Positions 56,254 to 64,000 of a DNA stretch of 64,000 nucleotides are shown here, piece after piece. The position numbers were made by a program, and so were the translations under genes. Location: positions 832,001-896,000 of the forward strand of contig OY969814.1 of NCBI GenBank assembly GCA_963703345.1, read 5' to 3'. Origin of the DNA: an uncultured Chloroflexia bacterium. GTDB taxonomy: Bacteria; Chloroflexota; Dehalococcoidia; DSTF01; JALHUB01. The number at the start of each line of letters is the position of its first letter. Positions within the stretch are counted from its first letter, which is position 1. The notes under the pieces were generated by a model. It saw nothing but the letters and a program-made list of their open reading frames with translations. It was not told the origin of the DNA and made no database searches.

Positions 56254-59245
56254 CTAACGCTTCCGTTGGCGCGCCAGCACCAGCCCCACGTGGTCCAGCA
56301 ACTGCTGCGGCGAGAACGGCTTCTCCAGCCACGTCGTCCCGCCGAACTCGCGGCCGCGCACAACGTCCTCGCGGTTCTGCGTCGCGGTGATGAAGGCGAC
56401 CGGCGTCTGGGAGAACCTTCGTATCTCCTCCAGCACCTCCAGGCCGCTCATGCCCGGCATCCGCATGTCGAGAAGGACGATCTCCGGTGTGTGGAAGCGC
56501 ACCAGCTCCGCCGCCGCCAGCGGATCGCTCGTTCAACACGACCTCGCAGCCGGCGCTTCGCAGGCAGTGCTCGATGTAGTGCAGAATGTCCGGCTCATCG
56601 TCGACAGCGACGACGCGGACGGGCTTGGCGTGGACGCCGCGGGCCGCCCGCTGCCGTCCGGCGCCCCTCTCCTCGCGCGCTGTCTTCGCCCGGCCGGCGA
56701 TGGCGGGCAGCGTGAAGGCGAAGACCGTCCCCTTCCCCCTGCCTGCGCTCTCCGCCCAGATGCGACCGCCGTGCGCCTCGACGATACCCTTGCAGATGAA
56801 CAGGCCGAGCCCCGTCCCTTTCACGCCCCTCTCCTGCACCCGGACGAACTTCTGGAATAGAAGCGGCATCTTGTCGGCGGGGATGCCGACGCCGGCGTCG
56901 CGCACGCGGACCGTCACTTCTCCTTTGGCGCTCTCCGCAGTAACGATGATCGGCGCCGTGGGCGCGGAGTACTTCGCCGCGTTGGTGAAGAGATTGGTCA
57001 GCACCTGGACAATGCGGCGGCCGTCGGCCCGCAGCGCCGGCAGCTTAGCCGGCAGCATCACCTCCAGCGGGTGCGGGTACTGACTGTGCTCGAAGATCAC
57101 TCTCGCCTCTTCCACGGTGGTCGCCAGGTCCGCCGCGCCCGGCTCTATCGAAAGGCGCCCCGCTTCGATGCGCGTCACGTCTAGCAGGTTGGCGACGAGA
57201 TCGGTTAGGCGGTTCGCCTGCGCGTCGATGATGTCGAACAGCTCGCGCGTCTCGACGGCGTCCGGCGGTATCGGCGCGGAAAGCGCCATGGAGGCGCACC
57301 CTTTGATAGCCGTCAGCGGCGTCTTCAGCTCGTGGCTCACCTCGCCCAGGAACTCGCTGCGTGTCTGCTCCAGCTCGGCTTCCAGCCGCTTGCGCGCCGA
57401 GATGTCCTGCTTGATGGCGATGAAGCGGCTGACGACGCGGTTGTCGTCGAGCACCGGCGTGATCGTCATCTCCTCCGTGTAGAAGCTGCCGTCCTTGCGC
57501 TTGTTGACGATTTCGCCCTGCCAAACGCGACCGGCCAGGATCGTGTTCCACAGCTTTTCGTAGAACGCCTGGTCGTGCCGGCCGGACTTGAGGACGCGCG
57601 GGTTCTGGCCTATCGCTTCGGCGGCGCTGTAGCCGGTAAGACGGGTAAAGGCGGGATTGACCCACTGGATCGTCCCGTCGCTGTCCGTGATGACGATGCC
57701 GTTGGCGGCGGCTTGCAGCGCGTTCGCCTGCAACCGCAATGCCTCCTCAGTGTTTACGCGCCGCGTCACGTTCCTGAAGTAACCGACGAGCCCGCTCACC
57801 CGGCCTTCGGAGTCATATGTCGGCACGTACGAACCTTCGAAGTACTCCGTACTTCCCTCGCGAGAAGCGAGGGGAGTAAAAACGTACTCGGGATTCCCCG
57901 TCTCAAGCACTCTCCTTTTGACTGTCGTGATCGTGGCCGCGTCCTCCGCGGACAGGAAGTCGAAATCCGTCTTGCCGATCATGTCGTCCAACGTGAGGCC
58001 CAGTTGGGGATTCAGCACCCAGGTGTACCGCAGCTCCTTATCCTGAACCAGGATGTGGTCCGGCGTGTGGGTGGCGATGACTTTGAACCTCTCCTCGCTC
58101 TCGCGCAGCGCCTCTTCCGCCCGCTTGCGCTCCGTCACGTTGACGTTGACGCCGAAGACACGAACAGGCCTGCCTGAGTCGTCGTAGGTCGCGCTGCCCT
58201 TGGCATTGACCCAGCGGACCTCGCTGGAGCCACGCAGAATGCGGAACTCCAAATCGAAGGACTCGTGGCGGGCCAACGCCTGATCCCTCTCGGCCTCGAT
58301 TCGTTCAATGTCGTCTGGATGCGCGAAGCTTCGCCAGTCGTCGTAGGTCTTGATGGTGCCGGGGGCAAGCCCGTATATCTCGTTGAGCTCCGGCGTGAAA
58401 GTGAAGACATCCCTGCCGAGATCCCAGTCCCAGGCCCATACCTTGGCGCCGCTTTGCGCCAGCCTCAGCCGCTCCTCGCTCTCGCGCAGCGCCTCCTCCG
58501 CCCGCTTCCGCACGGTGATATCCCGGCCGTAGATATTGGCATAGCCGGCGTTGGCCACCGGCACGACGCCGAGGGACCAGATTCGCCCGCCTAGCTCGAC
58601 ATCGACGGCGATCTCTTTCGGTTTCCGCCTTTTGAGCGCTTCGGCGACGAGCAAGCGCAGCGTTTCGGGCGCCATCTCACCCACGGCGCAGCCCCAATCC
58701 TCCAGCAGCGCCCGGCTTGCCTGGTTGGCGTACATGAGCACGCCGTGCTGGCTGACCCGCAAGACGGGGTTGGGGTTTTCGCCGGGGAACCTGGCCAGGC
58801 TCTCGATCTCCGTCTGGGCCCGCTTGCGGTCGCTGATGTCGCGGATCATGGCCTGGACGGCGAGTTCGCCGCCGTACTTGACGGGTGAAGAGATGACCTC
58901 AACCGGCACCTGCCGCCCGTCCAGCCGGATGATAGATGTTTCTCGCAGGGGTACCTTCTGGCCGGCCATGAGAGTGCGGACGCGCTTCTGGAGCTCATTC
59001 GCGTGGTTGGGGTTGGCGAGCTCCAAGATATTGCGTGTCGCCAGCTCCTCGAAGCTACCCGCGCCGTAGAGGTCAATGGCGGCGGGATTAGCGTAGAGGA
59101 CGTTGCCATCGCGGTGCACGAGTATAGCGTCCTGGGCCGAATCGAGAAGCGAGCGGTAGAACTCCCCGCTCTCGGGCAGCGCGGGGGCGCTTTTCGCTGC
59201 GCGGCGTCTTGGTGCTTTGTCGCGGTCGGATTGCTTAGCGCACAT
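56254..59245 (-). pseudogene. Multi-PAS hybrid histidine kinase; receiver domain interrupted by a +1 frameshift at about 56532
   Basis: Several PAS/PAC, SHELKTPL, N/G boxes (GTGLGL), VAVDDE then second frame PEIVLLDMRMPGMSG..KPF; span 2992 nt = 3n+1. Confidence 0.85.
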
Positions 59246-59487
59246 CGGCTGACCTCATTCTCTCAGGGATCGGCTGGTGTAATGCTCAAGGGGACGCGCA
59301 GAAGGCATCGGGAGCGGGAACAGCGCCTTTGACTGCTGGGCAAGCTGCATCGATCCATTATATCAAAGCTCGAAGTCGGCGAACGGTCCGCGACCCTCTA
59401 TTTGAAGTGTCGCACCGGCGTTCGTTGACCGCTTCCGGCGCGGGCGGTAGATTGGTTTGGGGGAGCGGCACGTTGGAGGCGACTGCG

Positions 59488-60786
59488 ATGAAACGGCTCG
59501 GATTGTGCGTACCTGTGGCCTTCCTTCTGGTGGCGGGCCTCTTCCTGACGGCCTGTGGCGGCGGTGAGGACGTGTCGGGTTCGGCGGACGGCGCTGCGCC
59601 CGGCGTCACCGACAGCGAGATCGTACTCGGCACGCACCTGCCCCTGAGCGGCTCGCCGGCGGCCGCTTATGGCGTCATCGCCGAGGGCATGAGCGCCTAC
59701 TTCGACTACGTCAACTCGCTGGGCGGCGTCTACGGCCGGAAGATCAAGCTGATCATCGGGGACGACCACTTCAGCCCGCCGGACGCCATGGAGGTGGTAC
59801 GGAACCAGGTCGAGCAGCAGCACGTGCTTGCCATCGTCGGCGGTGTGGGCGATCAGACGGAGCTGGCCGTCATGAAGTACCTTGAAGACAAGGGCGTTCC
59901 GGACATGTTCATCGGCGGCGGCCTTCCGATCTTCACGGATCCGGTCGTGCGGACGCGCTTCACGATGGAGACGGACTACGTGACCGAGACGAAGATAATG
60001 GGCGATTTCGTGGACAGGAACTTCACCGGCAGGCGCGAGGGCATTCTCTATGAAAACGATGAGGGCGGCCTTACCGGCGTGTCAGCGGTGGAGGCGCTGC
60101 TGAAGGACAAGGGCAGCGACATTCAGATTGTTTCTAAGCAGGCATACGACCCTACCGCGGCGGACGTGACGGCTCAGATGGAGCGGCTGAAGGCGGATAA
60201 TCCGGACTTCGTCGTCCTGATGGCGAACGCGGGCGCCGCCGCCAACGCCATCAAAGTCAGCCGCGAGGTGCTGAACTGGAACGTGCCCTTCATCACCAGC
60301 GCGGTCTCTGCCGTCGAAGCGACGATAGCCCTGGCGGGACCGGCGAACATCGAGGGGACTATCAGCATGACGACCGGCAAGATGATCTCCGAGACGAACG
60401 ACGCCGGCGTGCAACGCCACATTGAGTTGATGAAGGAATTCGCCCCAAGCGTCCAGCCGAGCGGTCTCACGGAGTACGGCATGGCGGTCGCGGAGTTGAC
60501 CGTCGAGGCGCTGAAGAACGCCGGCCCAAACCTGACTCGCGACAGCCTCATCACGGGGGCGGAGAGCATCCGCGATTACTGCGGCCTCCTCGGCCTCGGC
60601 CCCGTCAACCTCAGCCCGACGGACCACCGCGTGGCAGAGGGCGGGTGGCCGGAGAAGGTGATCGACGGCAAGTGGGTGCGCATCGACGCGCCCTCGAACT
60701 ACGAATCGACGCCCGGCAAGGTGTACGCCTGCACGGGAGAGGGCCAGCCGATCTACAAAGCCACCAGTACTCCCGATTCTCCCTGA
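59488..60786 (+). CDS. Liv-type (PBP1) ABC substrate-binding lipoprotein
   Basis: LTAC lipobox, PGVTDSEIVLG..PLSG, N..GGVYGRKI, AGPNLTRD. Confidence 0.85.
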   Translation: MKRLGLCVPVAFLLVAGLFLTACGGGEDVSGSADGAAPGVTDSEIVLGTHLPLSGSPAAAYGVIAEGMSAYFDYVNSLGGVYGRKIKLIIGDDHFSPPDAMEVVRNQVEQQHVLAIVGGVGDQTELAVMKYLEDKGVPDMFIGGGLPIFTDPVVRTRFTMETDYVTETKIMGDFVDRNFTGRREGILYENDEGGLTGVSAVEALLKDKGSDIQIVSKQAYDPTAADVTAQMERLKADNPDFVVLMANAGAAANAIKVSREVLNWNVPFITSAVSAVEATIALAGPANIEGTISMTTGKMISETNDAGVQRHIELMKEFAPSVQPSGLTEYGMAVAELTVEALKNAGPNLTRDSLITGAESIRDYCGLLGLGPVNLSPTDHRVAEGGWPEKVIDGKWVRIDAPSNYESTPGKVYACTGEGQPIYKATSTPDSP

Positions 60787-60880
60787 AGAAGATCTTGCCC
60801 GCCGGTTGAACATCCAAACGGTGGCAAGTACCATTATCTAAGCAACTAGAATCCTAGAGAGAGGTCACCGCGTCCCTCAC

Positions 60881-62173
60881 ATGCCTCTTCCTGCCGCAAG
60901 TCCCGTCTCGTCCCGTCGCCGCAGCTTTTTCATGCTGCCGGCGCTCCTTCTGGCCGTCCTCGCCGTGGCCTGCGGCGCGAAGGCGGCGAACAAGGACAAT
61001 ATCAGCAACCAGCCGCCGCGCACAGACGCCCTGTCGAAGATCGTCGTTCCCGCCGGGCAACCGCTGATTGTCGGCATCTCGGAGCCGCTCACCGGCTCGG
61101 AGAGCGCGGCCGGAATCGAAGAGCGCGACGCCGCCCTGACCAGCCTGATGCGCTGGAAGACGAAGAACGGCCGCCAGATAGCCGGTCACGAGATTCAGGT
61201 CCGCGTTGAGGACGATGGCTGCACCGATGGTGCCGTCGCCGTGCAGGCGGCAGAGCGGCTGCTGCGCACGCCCGGGCTTGTCGGCGTGCTGGGACCGAGC
61301 TGCAGCGCCGGCGCGAAGCAGGCGATACCGGCGTACGAAACCGGCGGCATCGTTGCCATCTCCGGCTCGGCAACCGAATCGGACCTGGCGGCGGGCCAAC
61401 CGTCCGGCGGTTTCTTTTTCCGCACGTCGTATCGCAGCGAGTTGCAGGGCCTCATCGGCGGCCAGTTCGTCGCCCAGACGCTGCAAGCCAAGACCGCCTA
61501 TCTCATCGACGACGGCGAATCGTACGGGCGGGACCTGGTCGAGGCGGCGCGTGGCGCGATGCAAGCCGGCGGCGTCAGCGTGACGCGGGAGAGCATCAGC
61601 CGCGTCACCGTCGACTTCAGCGCGCTGGCGAAGAAGATCGCCGCGGACAAGCCGGATTTCGTCGGCTTCGGCGGCTACAACCCGGAGGCGGTGCTCCTCT
61701 ACCGCCAGTTGCGCGACGCCGGCTATGAGGGCCCCTTCGGTGCCGGCGACGCGGCGGCAACGATATCGACGTTCGTGGAGCCCGTCGGCGCGCAGGCCGC
61801 AGAGGGCGTCTACTTCGTCGGCTGTCCGCTGACTCTTCCCGGCGACTTCCCGAAGGACTTCGAGAGCGTGCACGGCGGTCCGCCCGTCGCCTCCGCCTTC
61901 GTAGCCCAATACGCGGACGCCGCAACAATCCTGCTCGACGCCGTGTCGCAGGCCGCGCAGCAGCAGCCCGACGGCTCTCTGACCGTCGACCCCGCGACGC
62001 TGCGAGACGCCGTGCGCGAAACACGGCTGCTCGACGGCGTCTCCGGCCACGTCGCGTTTGACAGCAGCGGCGACCGCATCGGCGCCGGCGGCGGTCTGAA
62101 TGAGCAGGCGAAAGACCTCGGTCTCTCCGCCTGCCAGGTGCAGGGAGGAAAGCTCGTGAACCTGTTCCCCTAG
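60881..62173 (+). CDS. LivJ/LivK-like branched-chain amino acid-binding lipoprotein
   Basis: AVAC lipobox, PLTG, EDDGC, GP.CSA, ISGSAT, DD..SYG, GVSG.VAFD..GDR. Confidence 0.85.
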   Translation: MPLPAASPVSSRRRSFFMLPALLLAVLAVACGAKAANKDNISNQPPRTDALSKIVVPAGQPLIVGISEPLTGSESAAGIEERDAALTSLMRWKTKNGRQIAGHEIQVRVEDDGCTDGAVAVQAAERLLRTPGLVGVLGPSCSAGAKQAIPAYETGGIVAISGSATESDLAAGQPSGGFFFRTSYRSELQGLIGGQFVAQTLQAKTAYLIDDGESYGRDLVEAARGAMQAGGVSVTRESISRVTVDFSALAKKIAADKPDFVGFGGYNPEAVLLYRQLRDAGYEGPFGAGDAAATISTFVEPVGAQAAEGVYFVGCPLTLPGDFPKDFESVHGGPPVASAFVAQYADAATILLDAVSQAAQQQPDGSLTVDPATLRDAVRETRLLDGVSGHVAFDSSGDRIGAGGGLNEQAKDLGLSACQVQGGKLVNLFP

Positions 62174-62195
62174 GGGCGGACAGGAAACGTCAGAG

Positions 62196-64000
62196 ATGAA
62201 GATAGCAGCCAATCCCGGTCCGGCAGACAAACCCTCGTACACGGCCCGGATCGCCTTGTGGAGTGCGCGCCACCGATGGCGTGTGGTCCTCGCCTGGCTC
62301 GTCATCGTCATTGCCGCGGTCGTGTGTACGTCGCTCGTCAAGACCAACACCGATCTCGAGCCGACAGCGCCGGGCGAAGCAGGCGCGGCGTTCAAACTAT
62401 TCCAACAGCGCTTCGGCGATGCCCAGGTCCCGACGCAAGAAGTCGTTGTCTTCTCGTCGACCAAGTACAAGGTCACCGACCCTATCTACCAGAGCACCGT
62501 TCAGGAGCTGATGGCGCAGCTTCTAGGCCTCCGCGAGACGCAGACGCAAATGCTCGGCGGGACGGAGGTCGTCTCCAGCACGCGCGTCGTCTCCAGCACG
62601 GTGACGCACTACGATATCGGCCTTCCTCGTGAGTCCTCGCCCTTTGTCGCGCCCCGAGACACTGGCGACGTAACCCTTGCCCTCGTAAGCCTTCAGGGGA
62701 CAGCGCTGACGGCTAAGGACCACGTACAGCCCGTGCTCGACGCCGTCAAGGCGGCGAACGCCTCGTCGAGCGGATTCAGCATCGTCAGCGGCGGGCCCGC
62801 CTCGATCAACAAAGAGATGGATACTGTCATCGCCCAGGACCTCTCCTTTGCTCTTGTCATGAACTTGACGGTGACGCTCGTCATCCTGCTCCTTGTCTTC
62901 CGCGCGCCGGTGGCCGCATTCATTCCACTGGCCCTGGCGCTGGCAGCCGTCATAACGGCCATGGCGGTCTTGAGCGTCATCAGCCAGGCGATGGCGTTGA
63001 GCTCGATTTACACGGAGGTGGTGCTCCTGATGGGCCTGGCGACAGGGATAGACTACGCTCTCTTTGTCGTCAGCCGCTTTCGGACGGAGCGACGGCGCGG
63101 CCGCTCCAAGGAAGAGGCGTTGCGCGCGGCCTCGGGCACTTCAGGGAAAGCCGTAGTCTTCGCCGGCTGCACCGTCGTCCTTGCCGTCGGCGGCATGTTC
63201 CTCGTCGGCGATTCAACGTTCAGCAGCCTCGGCCTGGCGGCGATCGTCGTCGTCGTGCTGGCGGTGCTCATCTCGGTGACGCTGCTGCCGGCATTGCTGA
63301 TGCTGCTCGCCAACCACATAGACCGCTTCAGCCTGCCGTTCCTCCGGAGCACGGGCGAAGGAGGCGGCGTCTGGGGCTTTATCACCGACCATGTGCTGCG
63401 ACGCCCGGTCGTGCTTGCGGTCGGCGTGCTGGCCGTGCTCATAGCCGTCGCTTCCCCGACGCTATCGCTCAACCTGGGCTTCAACGGCGCCAAGGGTCTT
63501 CCCGACGCCGTGGAGGCGAAGAAGGCATTGCTCGCGCTGCAGGACAACTTCACGCTGGGGCTCACCTCGCCGGCGCTGGTCGTCGTCGATGCGGGCAAGG
63601 ATCAGAACATTTACGCTTCCGACGTGCAGGACCGCGTGAACCGGCTGATCGACAGCGTGAAGAGCCAGTCGACGGCTTCGGCGGGTCCCGACGCACCCTA
63701 CGGCGCGCCCATCCAGACGAACATCAACGACGCTGGCGACACTGAGGCGATACGCATTCCCATCAACGCCGATACGGGTGAGCAGAAAGCGCTGGACGCC
63801 GTCGACAACCTGCGCCATAATCTCATACCGGCTGCGTTCAGCGGCAGCGTGGCTAAAGCGTCTGTGACCGGCGACAGCGCTGCCAACATCGACTTCCGTG
63901 ACAACATCATCTTTCGCACGCCGTTCGTGTTCGCCTTCGTCCTCGGGCTGGCCTTCATTATCCTGCTGCTGACCTTCCGGTCCATCGTCATCGCCGTCAA
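62196..64000 (+). CDS. MMPL/RND-family transporter, partial (runs off the window; not in the ORF track)
   Basis: Manual translation MKIAANPG..WSARHRWRVVLAWL; LLVFRAPVAAFIPL; GIDYALFVVSRFRTER; SGKAVVFAG; TLLPALL; LLLTFRSI. Confidence 0.88.
   Translation, partial: MKIAANPGPADKPSYTARIALWSARHRWRVVLAWLVIVIAAVVCTSLVKTNTDLEPTAPGEAGAAFKLFQQRFGDAQVPTQEVVVFSSTKYKVTDPIYQSTVQELMAQLLGLRETQTQMLGGTEVVSSTRVVSSTVTHYDIGLPRESSPFVAPRDTGDVTLALVSLQGTALTAKDHVQPVLDAVKAANASSSGFSIVSGGPASINKEMDTVIAQDLSFALVMNLTVTLVILLLVFRAPVAAFIPLALALAAVITAMAVLSVISQAMALSSIYTEVVLLMGLATGIDYALFVVSRFRTERRRGRSKEEALRAASGTSGKAVVFAGCTVVLAVGGMFLVGDSTFSSLGLAAIVVVVLAVLISVTLLPALLMLLANHIDRFSLPFLRSTGEGGGVWGFITDHVLRRPVVLAVGVLAVLIAVASPTLSLNLGFNGAKGLPDAVEAKKALLALQDNFTLGLTSPALVVVDAGKDQNIYASDVQDRVNRLIDSVKSQSTASAGPDAPYGAPIQTNINDAGDTEAIRIPINADTGEQKALDAVDNLRHNLIPAAFSGSVAKASVTGDSAANIDFRDNIIFRTPFVFAFVLGLAFIILLLTFRSIVIAV

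Noticed and set aside
58088-58512. ~40-bp direct repeat within the kinase gene
   Set aside because: It encodes the recurrent PAS linker RKRAEEALRESEER; ordinary domain repetition, not a mobile or CRISPR repeat

Overview
GC-rich bacterial chromosomal window, most likely Chloroflexota of the Dehalococcoidia type. This is inferred from the RpoC N-terminus ([12 protein letters not shown]) with its long coiled-coil insert, rpoBC detached from rplL, and the PIN/TRAM-ispDF-cysE-cysS-tRNA-tuf synteny. Bases 1-26 kb are mostly housekeeping: lysC/thrB, sppA, htrA, cobO, rpoBC, ispDF, cysE/cysS, three tRNAs, and tuf-rpmG-secE-nusG-rplKAJL with an L10 leader. Bases 26-64 kb are accessory. They hold radC with a displaced duplicate of its 3' end; larBC, both apparently with non-canonical starts; and an MgtE-N/CBS plus NRAMP-type pair behind a riboswitch-like leader. 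An 8.3-kb mvhD-metF-hdrCBA(L)-mvhD-metV module is bracketed by a near-identical 26-nt hairpin. Further right are an AT3-SGNH O-acetyltransferase, a glycyl-radical enzyme with an SCP2-like N-terminal domain and a frameshifted activase, a small Zn-ribbon/RRM operon, a carboxylesterase, a frameshifted PAS hybrid kinase, two orphan Liv-type binding proteins and a partial MMPL transporter. I saw no CRISPR array, rRNA, integrase or transposase. All calls come from motif reading by eye; no database search was run.
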